A stretch of DNA of 56,680 nt, filler included, from Sphacelaria rigidula (taxonomy: Eukaryota), in the NCBI GenBank assembly GCA_964200075.2. It is 6 parts of 6 records of this genome, joined end to end, with 100 filler letters (N's around TTAATTAATTAA, not from the genome) between each part and the next. Parts side by side here need not be neighbours in the genome. Positions count along the whole stretch, not along the records: positions 1 to 9,365 come from CAXNAA020008669.1; positions 9,466 to 18,829 come from CAXNAA020008670.1; 4 more parts are not named here. The stretch is one strand, 5' to 3'. Below the pieces are notes generated by a model. It was not told where the DNA came from and did not search any database. It was given only the letters and a program-made list of their open reading frames with translations. Position numbers and translations under genes: made by a program. Positions 1 to 12,428 of the stretch are shown here, one piece after another. Within the stretch, counting starts at the first letter, position 1. The number at the start of each line of letters is the position of its first letter.

Positions 1-83
1 GGCCATTTTTTTCGTGACACTTTTAGCTGGTTTTGGGGGCGGGCTATCGTAGAAAGTGTCACAGGTGCGATGGCCCTTTGGAT

Positions 84-800
84 TCAGGCGCATGCCAACG
101 TGAACGTTAGAGACTGGATTGTAATCTGCGGAATCTTTGCAATGAGATGCCCAAGAAATTCGCCCGTGAAGATGTCAAGGCGTCTTCGCACCTGATTAGT
201 TGAACATTGCTTCCTCAAACCAACCCGTGCGCTGAACGAAAAGGAATTCACGAAACTGTAATTTCCGGGTGATTCAGAGCTCCGAATAATCCACGAAAAA
301 CACCTCTGAATAAAATGGCGGTTTGCAAAGAATGCCCAACCTTTTCCAACTCGAAGCAGAGGCGCCTTGTAGTACAGGCGACAGACTGCGACAGAGGTCG
401 AATGAAAGAGCGTCCTATCTAGAGCACAGTTGTTGGTGAAAGGAGAGCCCAATTCATACTCTACGTCGACCGTGCTCAAGATAGAAGAACGGAATCGATC
501 CACTCGTTCTTTCAAAAGCTGCAACGCGCAAAGCGAAGTGGATATCGGATACGAAGCTGTAAGCCGTGCTTGCGCGTTGGTCGTAAAACAGTATCGACAT
601 CGTGTTCTCGGAAAGTTATGATTTTGAACTAACGCAAACCTTAATCCTGACCACAACCCTAGCCCCGACCAAGGCAAACGAGAATCCTCGGGCACGGGGA
701 GTGCATAGGGTGATCTAGGCAAAGTGTGCGCTGGCAGACCTGAAATCGATTTAGGCAAGAACGTGTTCTGGACGAGTTAGGAGCACTTCGAACTAGCAGC
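84..800 (-). pseudogene. possible degraded LTR-retrotransposon gag-like relic
   Basis: Minus ORF 84-758 contains RFRSSILSTVDVEYELG...ALDRTLF, loosely like the 'IL.GL..EYE' segment of Copia-type gag. Weak resemblance only. Confidence 0.2.
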
Positions 801-1387
801 CCCTGTTGAGATCCGAATATCAGTGTTTACTCTAAAGAAGTCAATGAATCAACCAAATCAAGCATGTTTTGCTACCAATGCGTGAGCGCTGCTGTAAGCC
901 GCAACCCTCAGGCGTCGAAGGTGTGGAAGGTAGCGGCTTGCGTACAATAACATAGCCACCGACACCACCGAGCTCATCTTGTCCGAGTAGGATACGAGCA
1001 TTAGGCATTGTGACTGCCGCGTGCTTCTCCACACCCATGGCCGCGCAGGTGGTGGAGCTGCGCGAGCTAAGGTCAAACTGTGACTGTTTCGTTTGCCACT
1101 CCGACGTTTAAGGACAGCATGACTTGCCCTATGTTTATTCGTGATAATGTTGATACCGCTGCATAGAAGAGAAAGGTTCTCCCAAGTGCCTGTCGAGAAA
1201 ATCACATCTTCACATATATATTTTTTCCTTGACGGAAGGAAGAAAACTCACCCAACACTCTACCCCGCGAGCGAGAGCGGGTTCGTGTGTTGATTACGCG
1301 GGAAGCTCCGCTAGACCGCCTCACGGCAGCCGTGTGGGGTAGGCGCCTCGAGCGTTCGGAAAGCTTTTGCTCAAGGCAGTGTAGAAA

Positions 1388-1950
1388 TTGAACCCACTAA
1401 AATCCCGCCGTAGCACCCCTTCCGAACACGTCAAGCGCTTGGCGTCATTCTTCGCTCGCTTCGAACAACTTAACTTGAAACTCGCCACGCCCAAGTCCCG
1501 CGTTGGAACGACTGACATCGAATTCGTGGGTCACTGTATGACACCTGAAGATCTCAGCCCAAACGTCAACATGGTTGCCGCGCTTACACATATGCCCATG
1601 CCACGGGATACGTCTCAACTGCGCTCCTTGCTCGGTGGTTTGAGCTGCTGAGTGATGCTACGGTAGGGGTGCACAAATATTTTCTCAGGTTGGAATTGTT
1701 AGGGGCCCTTGATCTCATCCAAAATACGACTCATGAAAATATTCTAGAGTACACCAGGATTACTTTTCCAATGCGCTGGGGATATCCCGACTAAGTTTGC
1801 AAACGGCGATGCCCTGACCCACATTTTTGTGCATCTAGAATCGTGAGGAGCCCCTGAACCAGACAAGGTTTCGTGCGAAAAGTGCACCCCCACCGCAGCA
1901 TTGCGCTGCTACCGACAGTATTTGCCGAACCTAGCCCAAACCCTCGGACC
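1388..1950 (+). mobile_element. Ty3/Gypsy reverse transcriptase (thumb) fragment, interrupted by a MITE
   Basis: Reads EHVKRLASFFARFEQLNLKLATPKSRVGTTDIEFVGH...MPMPRDTSQLRSLLGGLSC. After removing the 1650-1906 insert and one TSD copy it continues YRQYLPNLAQ, matching the 'LRSFLG..YYR.F+P' Gypsy RT motif. Confidence 0.85.
1650..1906. mobile_element. 257-bp MITE (GAG..CTC-type termini, 4-bp TSD; Sola2-like), copy 1
   Basis: TIRs GAGTGATGCTACGGTAGGGGTGCAC / GTGCACCCCCACCGCAGCATTGCGC; TSD TGCT at 1646-1649 and 1907-1910. Confidence 0.85.
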
Positions 1951-3254
1951 TAGCCCGCTGTAAATTGGCGCAGTTCACGCGTCGCCCTGCCTTATGAGCT
2001 TCGACCCTAGCTAACTTTTCACAATGACGACACCATGAGATAACTCGTACGCTTCATAGACAAGAGATGCCGGGGTCGAATCCCGGCCCTCACCGAAAAG
2101 GGACGAAACATGGAAATAAATGAATCCGGAGTCGCGAAAGCATTGGTGGGGGATGAGAACACTGGTGGGTCACTTGGAAGCAGAGTTCACAAACCCATGA
2201 GAAAGTCTTCGACGAAGACGTGCAAAAAAGACGGGTGCACAAATATTCCCATCGTTATGCGGTGAAGGGTTATGCGTTCGAAAGAAGGTGTTCATCAAGA
2301 GAGGGGGGGTGATGTGGGCATCACCGCATGAAGGGTGGGGGGGGGGGGGGGGGTACTCATGATCATGCTTTCGGGCGGCGTCTGCCGTCGCATCAAAATA
2401 GACCCTAGATAGTCACTCTGTCCCGTAAGTTAGGACCGAATTGTGTGTACGGATCCTTACCCGTGTTGATTATTTTCTCGTTCTTTTATTGCATGCTTTG
2501 GCGTTTTTCAAAATCGAAACCCACTAATTTATTTTCTCTATTTCCGTTTACAACATGCGGCGGAACGGCAAAATAAAGCAGTCGGCCCCGGGGCAATAAG
2601 AATGGAAAACCCAGTGAAATAAGTCTAAAATAAGTCAAATGTTACCCGTCCACATAACTTCATGTACAAAGGCTTGCAGAAACCACTTCGTCAAGTTATG
2701 ACTTCAGTTCAGGACGAAAATAGCAAAAATCGGGCGACTTCAGCGAAAACCAGACTGAGGTGACCAAACCGGCCAAAATTAGGTTTGAATCAGCCCAAGA
2801 TTGTGTATGAAATGAGTTTCAGATTTTTTACCCATTTTGTTTTTGAGCACCTCATCTTTTTCATCCTCCGAGTGATCGTGACTAAAGCGCAGGGATTGCC
2901 TCCGTTCGGGAGATATGAAGTGTGGCCCAATTATGACACTGAGGAAGTATTTGGTAATCAGAAACGAGGGGCTATGGAATTTTCCTCAATGACTTGTTAT
3001 CGACTTTCGTGCCATAGGCGCGTTGGTAATCAATCAGCAAAAACTACATGAGCTTTCGGAGAATCTTTTTCGTATGACCAAATGTCGGGCTCACAACAGT
3101 TGGTCTAAAGGGTAAAATGCCGAAAAATACACAACTACCCGATGGTGTTTGTAAAATCTTTCGAAGTTGAATGTTCATGATAAGGTGAAGTCCAAGTATG
3201 GATAATCTTTGGTGACAATAGTCCAGGTGCTCCGGACTGTCCAGTGTTCGCCGC

Positions 3255-3470
3255 AGTCAATACTTTTGGAACTCGGCTCTTCAGAGAGTTCAATAGTCTG
3301 GGGTACTCTGAGATATTCAGTATTTTCGGCGGTTGATACTACCGGTACTTGAGAGGTCCTCAGTACTTTTACGGCGTCAATACTGCAGGTTCTCAGGGAC
3401 TAGCGGTATTTCGGCATCCGATACTCCAGAGGTGCTTCTGCGCACTGCTCGAAGTTACATGTGTACTCGG
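3255..3470. repeat. degenerate GTACT/GATACT-rich subrepeat family (also 4095-4255 and 14080-14560)
   Basis: Recurrent short motifs such as GGGTACTC, CAGTATTTTCGGC and GATACT in three places on two contigs. Confidence 0.55.
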
Positions 3471-3715
3471 GATTCATCGGACCGCCCGACCTATGTGCTG
3501 CTGCTCCAGTGCCGCCGTCGCTTGTGTACCCTCCCGGTACACCGGAGCACTCAGTCCTTGTTCCTTACTGTTCCCTGACTTCCCAGAAGTGCTTCGTGAA
3601 GTCCTCTGTCGTGGGTGCCCACTCCCGTGTGTACGAGTTTAAATGCCACGTCGCTGCAAGGTACATCGATGAAACGAAATTTCGGGGCGAGTCATTGGGT
3701 TCTACCGACTGTGAT

Positions 3716-3723
3716 GTTGTTTA

Positions 3724-3759
<36 letters not shown>

Positions 3760-3940
3760 TTGTTGCTGCTGCTATTTTTGTTGCTATCGCTGCTTCCTTT
3801 CTTTTTTCCATTCTGTGGCTATTGCTTCTGTCTTTCTCTGTCTCCTGCCTTCCTTCTTTCTTGTTGTGTTTTTTTTCTGCTGCTCCTGACCACGGGCTGG
3901 ATTGTTGCGATCAGCTAATGTGAGATCACCAATCAATCGA
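3716..3940 (+). repeat. (TGC)n/(TGT)n microsatellite followed by a retroposon 3' end with (CAAT)n tail
   Basis: Trinucleotide run at about 3725-3772, then a pyrimidine-rich body, TGACCACGG at 3887-3895, TAATGTGAG and CAATCAATC. Confidence 0.75.
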
Positions 3941-4629
3941 TAATCAATTGTGGAAGGTTAACGTTGAACCGTTTATGATTCGCGCAATAGGTTGTACGGC
4001 ACATACTGTATCTATCGCCTTGACGGCAACAACCGTCGTGCCCACCCCTACATTTTCTTCACGGGACATGCGCTGTACCGTACCCCAGTAAAGGTCATTG
4101 TCCAGTACTTGGTGGGTACTCCACGAATCCTGAGAATCCCCAGTATTTTCGGCCTTGGGTAGTTTCTGTGGCTGATACTCCAGGTGCTCTGGAATACCCA
4201 GTCTTTTCGGCAGTCGATACTCTCAAATAGATATCCTGGCATACTCAGTACTTTCAATGAATTAGTGCGGAGGGAGGGACCTATGAACGCTGGGGAAATT
4301 GTCTCTACTCCGGGATCGCTGCCTGCAGTATGGTCCAGCAGTCGCGATCAAGCAGCCACACGAGATAGTGGAGCTGGTGCAGGAAATCACCAAAGAGTTG
4401 CAAGGCGTGCGCCGGTCTTGCAGTCTGACTGTACACGTTCTTGCTTTACACGGTACGGTACTGTGCTGTGCTGCTGGGGTGCGGCCCTGTATTGCAGTAC
4501 GGGGCTTTGTATTCCTCCTTTGCGGAAGCCTTCTCCCAGTCCCCCGTCTGGTGGATATTCTGCAGTGCGTGCTCGGAGCTGGCTAGCGACAAGAATTGTG
4601 CCGCTTGAGTAACTCAATGCGTAAGCTGT

Positions 4630-5445
4630 TTTATTTTGCCCTTCACGATTCTATCCTGCCTCCCCCCTCGGGAAGAGTCCGGTCTCAAGAGATGATCTTA
4701 TATCTCCTCAGTACACGCCTTCCTGAGGGCTGGCGTCGGTTGGCACTACGCTGTAAAAAACGCCACTTCCTGCGTAAGCTAGGCAACCAGGTTTCCGTTT
4801 TTTTGTCGCTTGCGCTTTTTTGCGGTAACCATGATAGTGTCCGAGCTAGATCATATTGTGCTCGCGGTGGAGAACCTCAACACTGTGCAAAGGGGATGAT
4901 CGTACTACACACGTAGTGTTTATATGGTGAAGCAGTGTGTAAGCTGTGGCTGTCTCTGGAAGTGGCGATACTAGCAATTGGAGCAACTTATTGAAGGCTG
5001 TCATCCATGTACAAGATAACGTCTGCAGTACGTTTTGGGCTGAACAATCTTAATAGGATGCAGCTCACCCTTCATGCAAGTCGCCGAACACATCACGGTG
5101 CTTTGCGCCTGGTAATTTCGAGCCTGGTCCGGCGAACACCCGACGTCCTCCGTCCCGACATTGCAGGGACGCGAGGTCGATGGTCATGTGACTACGCCAC
5201 GCAAGATCATGATTACGCCCCCCCCGTACACACCTTGCATTCGAGACTCGCGATTTGGATTAGCACTCCCGCACCGCGTCATCCCTCATGGAACAAGCTT
5301 AACGATACGAACTCTTTTTGTCTATTTACTTCCCCACGCTACAGTATCAACGGCGGAAATCAGATACATGTCCTGCACTTGGAGGAAAAATCCCAAACGC
5401 GTTCGGCGTACTGTTGTGAACTGCTTTGGCTAACCAGTCAACCGG
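4630..5445 (-). mobile_element. tRNA-derived SINE family A copy, split by a family-R insertion
   Basis: 4630-4710 and 5221-5330 align to consecutive parts of the SINE at 34036-34340. Confidence 0.6.
4720..5225 (+). mobile_element. about 500-bp non-autonomous retroposon 'family R' with LINE-like 3' end and poly(C) terminus
   Basis: Homologous to 27900-28292, 37670-37755 and 46225-46780(-). Ends GGTCATGTGACTACGCCACGCAAGATCATGATTACG(C)n. Degenerate TSD CTCAGTACACGCC / CCCCGTACACACC. Confidence 0.75.
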
Positions 5446-5779
5446 TTGCAGGAAATTACAACCAGTTAGAGTTATCAGTTGAAACTGAATCACTGGCGGC
5501 GAAGCCGCCCCGCGACTGCGCCAGCGTTGCCTGTCAAGGCAACGCGGCGGAATCGCGTAAAGGGCGCCCTCCGGCTCGTGGGGGGGGCCTGCCGGAGGCA
5601 AAAAAAAGTACGCCATTTGGCTTCACATCTCTTCCAAATCGCGGTAAATTCTAGCAACCTAGCGCCAGCAATTTGCCCACGTAATCAGTGTATACGACAA
5701 ACATATATGAATGGGGAAAACTGAAATATCTCTGAACTGTGCGACGTGAATTAAGAAAACAAAGTGGTGAGACAGTAGT

Positions 5780-6003
5780 ACAGCATACATAGCGCTACGC
5801 GTGTACCACCCAAGCGCCAAGAACTTCTTGAAGCACCCTTCCCTCCACAGAATATGTGTACCTCTGGAGGGCTTTGACACCTGCCATGTTTTCAGGCGGT
5901 GCTCGCGCTCTTCGTCTTGACTGCTCTCCGCGAACGTGGTGTTACTGAGATCGACGGCGACAGCACCGGTGCCTGATGTTGTGGACCCTTCGATCTCTGA
6001 CAT
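5780..6003 (-). pseudogene. possible N-terminal (BED-finger-proximal) fragment of a DNA transposase
   Basis: ATG-initiated MSEIEGSTT...KPSRGTHILWREGCFKKF resembles the 'S.+W..F' start of BED fingers. The Cys/His ligands are not recoverable. Confidence 0.25.
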
Positions 6004-6599
6004 GTCGTCATCGCTTCCTTAATCGCAGCAGCAGCTGCTGCTGCTACTGCTGCTCATATTAGAATATGTTGTCTGCAATATTCGTGTCTACGCCTAGGTG
6101 TGTGTGCGCTGTGTGGTCATGTGCTCGCCTCTGTAACAACATCCCTACGATCATTGTAGTACGACAATACATCAGAGATATTGATTAGAGTATGACACAT
6201 ATACACATAACGCTTTGGAGTATGACATATATGTCGGGTGAAATAAGTGGTTTAATTCGTTGCAAAACCGATCAGTTAACCAATTATACCAGTTAACTGT
6301 AACTGGTCAGTTCAACTGGCCAGATCACAACACTAGCTTGGCGGGAATCGAGCCGCTGAATCGAACCGCCGTTCTCTTGTTGTTCCCCAAGTGTGTCAGT
6401 TGAACCATCATATTGCTGGGGAGCTGCGACAAGCTGTTGTAATTGCGTAAATGCATATTAAGCCATGCGGTTCAGCAGTCAATTCGACAGTACCAGTAAG
6501 AAAATGGAGTTGCCTTCCGTCTTCATTTCGACAGTTGCTGTTTTCCCATTGACGACCATGGACGCAATTTTTCTTCACCTCATCAATCGCCTCTCCTAC

Positions 6600-8900
6600 A
6601 CCCCAAACAGGCCTGGAGCAATTGGGGAGAGCGTATCCCACAGCGCAGGACGGTCGGCATTAGGTCGGGCTAGATCGGTTGTGTCCCCAATACAGGTATG
6701 CTTGTATCACCCGTGGAGTATTTCGCGATTATGTACTTCCAACACTGGGGTGTATCGTATTTGAAATGCAGCAAGCCCGCTGGAGTAGCTCTAGTCGATC
6801 TGGCGGAAAATGGATGAACATGCGATGAAAGCCATGGAGAAAATATGGTGGCAATTTGAGGTCGCTAGCGTTACCATTCTGTTTCATTCTCACCCAGGCT
6901 AATGAGTCGTCAGCGAGAAAATGTCCGAAGGTTTGGTTCTCGAGCATCTCCTTGGCGGTCGCTTCGCTTCGCTGACCGATCACAAGGGCTTCACCTGACC
7001 TAACCGAAACGTATACCTGCCAAAATATTGTGTATCTCGACTCAATCGCGTTGTATAATATCGTTTCGCGTGTACTTCCCGGTCGACGTTGACGGCCGTT
7101 GCCTCAGAAGTCATCTGAACCGAGCTAATCTGTTTGTGCTTAATCACGGTATCGCAACTATACGTTCGTAACCTCATAGTCTGTATGTCGGTATGAACGT
7201 GAATTTGTAGGGCTGTGAAGTGGCAGCTCTGGCCAGTCAAGTTTAAACTGGCCGCGCCAGCGGCCAGTACATTGGTGTTTTTGCAGTTAATCGGCAAAAC
7301 ATCAACAGCGAGCGGCGAAGTGGCGAGCCCCAATGCACCCCCGCCCCCCAGGTGGTGAGGGGGCCTCGCGGGAGCGCCGCCGGAGGCAAAAAAAATGCGG
7401 TATTTGACTTGTTTTCCCTTCAATAATGTGGATAGTTTTACGTAAATGCCGTTCAAAGCGGTGAGCGGTTCGAAAATCATCCATCTATAGTATGCAGCAG
7501 AAGAGACTCTCCGTGACGAGTGGAGGATATGAACAAGGGAGCCAATTTTAATGCTGGCAGGGCGTGGAGATAAGGGCGGGAAATTATTCACGTCCGGGCA
7601 GACAACACGCATGTAGTTGAACAGCAAGCCATGGTGTTTCTTGGATTTCGTCGTCACGGGTTACCGTTTTTCATCTTCGTTTTTGGATGTGGTACAATGA
7701 AACGACAAACCTTGGCATATACTCGCTGTATCACTTCGAGGTGTAGTGACCATGTGCTACACCATGTTCAAAGTACTCACCATGCAATTAGCGATTGGCA
7801 ACTAGGCTTTGGCGTTCGGCAGTTCCGCATCGAGCGTCCCGCCGTATATTAGTCGCAAGCTCTTTTTCTTTCTTCATTTGCCTCATTCCACGGACCAACC
7901 GTCGGCCTACACGATACTGCCGAAAAAAAAGGAAAACTGCAGAACCATGAGGTACCAACGAAGCAGACGGGACAAAAAAAGCAGAAAACATCTGACGTGG
8001 TCAGCCAGAGACTGGCCCAGGGCAAACCCATTCTTCATGTGCTATGATATACCACAGAACGCCAGATCTATGCTGTACAAGTCGACCGAAACACGGAAGA
8101 TCAAGCATAAAGCTGTGCACTGCTGCTTCACGCGTCATCGTCGCAAGCAATTTCCGTCGTCGACTTCGAAGCGCCCTCCGTCTCCATTCATGCCCCATAT
8201 TCCTCTGCGACTGTAAAGTACAGGCCTCAATCGTGCAGTCAAATTGTATATGATGATGTAAGCGTCTTCACTATAGTTTTACAATACTAAAATTGGTATG
8301 AAAACAGCTGGTAACGGCAAACCTCAATAAACTGTTTAAACTGGAACCCTCGTCGCCAGTTCCAGTTCAACTCCAGTTCCACTTCAATCGACAGCATATA
8401 CAGGTCTAGTACATACGTATGAATTTGGTCTTGCAGTAACCTTTCCCCCACTGCTGTGCGAAACGCTTGTTTTGCAATTCGCGCACGATCGCTGCAGCTT
8501 CAGACACACATCGGGGCGTCCATGGTTCTTGTGGCAAACTTGTCCATCCTTGCCAGCACAACGCGTACATTACCGTTAGTATTGGAGCTTGAAGAAGAGG
8601 ATGGGGAAGATGACGATGGACGGGCTAGGACAGGCACATCCTGCCTGGCATGACAAAGAAGATTCCCCCGACCGAAGGGCTGGAGTACCACTCTTGGCGT
8701 GCGAGATGGATGAAGCGGATGCCGATCTTTCAATTCACAGGATTCAGGGCACTCCATGCCCCGCTGAGGGGAGGCTGTTCGTACAGTAGTGGGCGATTGG
8801 AAGTTGCACGTGTTACACATGGATGTAGCTCGTCAGACCATTTCCCAGGTGTCCAGCAGAACAGGTTTTGTCCGTCCAGGAGCGATCACCAATCGTCAAT
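6600..8900 (-). pseudogene. decayed hAT-like transposase
   Basis: Ordered, frame-broken motifs on the minus strand: GIRFIHLARQEWYSS at about 8700 (cf. 'F+H+..D.W'), DDSLAW at about 6900 (cf. 'DPL.WW') and QID*SYSSG at about 6790 (cf. 'ER.FS' dimerisation motif). AACTGG/CCAGTT-rich subterminal-type repeats lie nearby. Confidence 0.4.
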
Positions 8901-9365
8901 CGCAAGGGGTGTCCCGATGGGTATATTGATGAAACAGGTCGCATGTATGCAGCAGTTCAAAATAGTACAGTATGTGCAAGCATGGTCCGAGAGGTTGAAC
9001 ACTTATCTCGTCGGGATAAGATAGGAGAGGTGTGACACTAGCGCTAAGTACGAATTAGTCGCCACTGCTGCGGGCGCAAGGGGTGGAGATCAGACTCCAG
9101 TGGTGATTTGCCCAATAATTTTAAGGATATTTTTGTAGACCGCCGGATGTTCGGGGGTAATCTTTCCAACACTTTACATTGTTCCGAGCAGAGCGCACAT
9201 TAGAACCCATCTGCGTGTTTATCTCAGAGTTTAGCTCGGATAGTTTTTGCAGGTGGAACAACCGCACCGAAAGCCCACACATCTCCGCATCATGTGCATT
9301 CAACAAACAACAACAACTTGTGCGAATTGAGGTTTAACTCCGAGATGAGGTTCAAGCCTAGAACA

Positions 9366-9465
9366 NNNNNNNNNNNNNNNNNNNNNNNNNNNNNNNNNNN
9401 NNNNNNNNNTTAATTAATTAANNNNNNNNNNNNNNNNNNNNNNNNNNNNNNNNNNNNNNNNNNNN
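9366..9465. other. artificial contig linker N44-TTAATTAATTAA-N44
   Basis: Identical 100-bp spacer with stop codons in all six frames, repeated five times in the window. Confidence 0.98.
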
Positions 9466-9630
9466 TGGCGTTCATGACTTTCCTTCCGTAGCTCATTACG
9501 TTTCTTCCATACACTGCACAAGAACCTCTTACATATCTTATCCCCGTTCTGTTTCGCCGTCTCTAGCCACCATCCATCTCGTAGTATAGCCATTGTTTTC
9601 TCTCTACTGTCCAATGTATCAAACAATTGT
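9466..9630 (-). mobile_element. non-LTR retrotransposon (LINE) ORF C-terminal fragment
   Basis: DTLDSREKTMAILRDGWWLETAKQNGDKICKRFLCSVWKKRNE resembles the C-terminus of abundant brown-algal LINE ORFs. Confidence 0.65.
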
Positions 9631-10084
9631 GGGAGAACCAGTCAAGGGGGGTGTATGAGAGATCAAACACTTGTAGAGACCTTTTTGACATGCGGCGTGA
9701 AAAAAAATACGTATGGTGGTGACCGAGCTGCTGCTAGTGTGGCGCATAGCAGTCCGTCCATGCTGCAATCTGGAGCACACGCTGGTCGCGTGAACACCTC
9801 GGTACAGTACGAGTAGCTTTCCAGAATTATTCCGATGTAAGGAGGTCATGCATTACAAGCTGGGACGAGAGTACTCTGCGATCAACCACGTTGCATTTGA
9901 GACCCACGCCATCAACCGCCGACAGCAAAAGTCTTGTGACTATCACGCAACGCTGTCGGTAGTACGGCAGGCGAACCCGATCATAGCTAGCTTTCGTTGC
10001 TACCGTACTAACTCCTGACCGAAGTTCGCAACGGGTATGAAAACTAAACAGTTGATTTTTCTCAACTTCATCCACCCAATTCAA

Positions 10085-10219
10085 ACGGTCTCAACGATTA
10101 GAGCAAGTCATTCCAAGGTGTCAACATCCGCCTGGCCCTCTTTTCGTGGAAAAAACGACGGAGAAGGGTCAAAAATGCAATTTTCAACAACTTTTTTTTC
10201 TGATACATAAAAAGTAGCC
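10085..10219. mobile_element. right arm of the PIF/Harbinger-type MITE seen complete at 39245-39715
   Basis: TAGAGCAAGTCATTCCAAGGTGTCAACATCCGCC...AAGTAGCC followed by TTA. Confidence 0.8.
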
Positions 10220-10609
10220 TTAGCGGGAAATCAGACGTTTTTTTTATATATTTAGCCCCTTCGGCAGCTTTCTTACACATGGCGAGATGGCCAAGCAGAT
10301 AATTATAAGTCGGACTTACTTGCTCAATAATGTCTACTGAAGAGCAATTCGGCACAATTTCGCGATTCCGGAGGCGCACAGTTTAAGTTATGGGTCGGAA
10401 AACAACTCGTCCAAAACCTTGCCGATTCTCACACGTCACCCATTCTATTTTTCTCAACGTCAACCTGCCCGTGCTAGAAATTGACAAAGCGTACCGAAAT
10501 CCTCTTGGACGATCTGGGCGTTTTCGGGAATTCGGAAGGTCTGTGCATTTTTGGTCGACCCCGAAACATTCGGTCACAGGATAGAACGCGTTTCCACGAT
10601 TTTCACCAC

Positions 10610-11495
10610 CGACACTTTCTACGATACCCCTCACCCAAAACCAGCCCAAAACTGTCACGAAGGAAATGGTCATACAGCGCCTGATGTTCGGTTTTTGGGC
10701 TGCATGAAGCGCTATATATGCGCGACATGGGCGAAGACGAACCGAAGCGTTCGAATTCCCAGCTTCTCGTTGTGCCCAGCGTTCTCCCTTCCAATTTAGA
10801 TGTAAATTTTGCCTCCCCAAACCTGCCACTTTTTGTGGGGGACTATCGTAAAAATTGTGCACCACACGTGCCGAATCAAGCACGACTCGGGCAGGGTCGA
10901 GGAATAGAGACGACGAGTGTATATGTCATAACCGGTCGTGTTGGTAGTTTCTGATGCTGGGTTTGCTATTCTCGATAGTATGTCGGCATTAAGATCACCA
11001 ACGCTTCAGATGTTTCCCTCCCTTCGCGATAGTTCACTATACCGTCTTGAAATTCCTGATACCAAGTGAAAAAGCGTAGGGGTCTCGAATTCCTATTCAA
11101 TGGGGGGATCATTTCAAGCCCACCAGGTTTTGGGGGCGGGATGGGAGTCGAAAAAAATCCCACAACATCTTCCCCGTTAAGAAAAAAGTTACGTTAAACT
11201 TCTACGGTCGGCTGTTCAAAGTCAAACTGCGCGCACCCATAATCGAGTGACCCGCGATAGCCCCGCCTAGAAAAGTGGCTAATTCGAGGAGGCAAAATTT
11301 ACATGCGAATCCGGCTGGGAAAAGCTGAGCACAACGAGCAGCTGGGAACTCCCACGCTTGAGATCTTTGTCATCGATATCGCCCATATGAGGGCGCTTCA
11401 TGCAGTCTGAAAACCTGCAATCATGATGCGCTGTGTGACCATTCTCTTCTTGGATGTTTTGGGGCTGGTTTGAGGGCGGGGGCTATCGCAGTATC
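10610..11495. repeat. long inverted repeat / foldback element (arms about 10610-10870 and 11230-11495)
   Basis: The arms are reverse complements, e.g. TGCATGAAGCGC / GCGCTTCATGCA and AAATTTTGCCTCC / GGAGGCAAAATTT. A third arm end lies at 1-62. Confidence 0.75.
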
Positions 11496-11739
11496 AATTA
11501 ATCGTCGGAGGGTGCCGTAGTTCTCTCAGACATTAGATGGAACGAAAGTCATTGCGCAGTAGCATTATCCACCTGTCCAATTTTCTACGCAAAAAAACAT
11601 CCTGTGCGATGGCTCCGATACCTGTGCGATAATCGATATTGTATCATCTCGCTCTTGCTTATTCAACGCACCTCTGTGCGATGGCCCCGATATGCGCGAT
11701 GACCCCGACATATGTCAAGACTCGCAGTCTTCCGGTTTT

Positions 11740-11940
11740 TTATTTCCTTCGATGAAAACGCGAAGGCTTGACTAGCAAAAAGGGACTGTTTGACTTAGTT
11801 TCTAAGACGGCAGTCGACGCGGTGCGAAAGTGCTGATCAAAATCCGGGACGTGCATGGAACCGGGGAAGATATGGGCTGATCCCACGAGACCACGGACTC
11901 GTCCCGAGGAGGACGAAGAGTGAAAAGTGAGAAAAAATAT
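11740..11940 (+). mobile_element. SINE family A, diverged 3' part
   Basis: GACGCGGTGCG...GAGACCACGGACTCGTCCCGAGG...AAAGTGAGAAAAAA matches 35300-35465. Confidence 0.65.
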
Positions 11941-12428
11941 GAAACACAAGAACAAGTTCCAGAATCCCCTTTAGAAGCAGGCATGACGTAACGATCCGTG
12001 CCTGGCATAGTATTACAATGACGTTCTCTCCTGACACCTTAGTGTCTTGAGCGCAAGTACCTCTGTATGTATGGTCACAAAAAAAACGGCACCAACCGTA
12101 CAGAGTTCTTAGTATAGCAGCGCAAAGAAGGGTACTGAGTGACGCATTTTATCCGGCCACCATTAACTGCGACTCGAATATGATGCCGACCTATGGTATT
12201 GTAGTGTGCAGCAAAAATTAGAGCTGTGGGCTATTTCTCTGATATGGACGTCATGTACAGTGCATATTGGACAAAAGGGCACTCCATGAAGACAAGATCT
12301 GGTGAACAGTCATACCACACAACCCCCAGCGTATATTTGATGATTTACAGCCCCGACGTACTGCTTCAAGGGCGAACACTCAAACAGGAAAAAATTACAC
12401 CGAAAAACTGGCGGCACCCAGACGTCAT

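Noticed and set aside
3461..3923. Poly-Cys/Ala/Leu ORFs
   Set aside because: Translations of a (TGC)n microsatellite and a retroposon tail.
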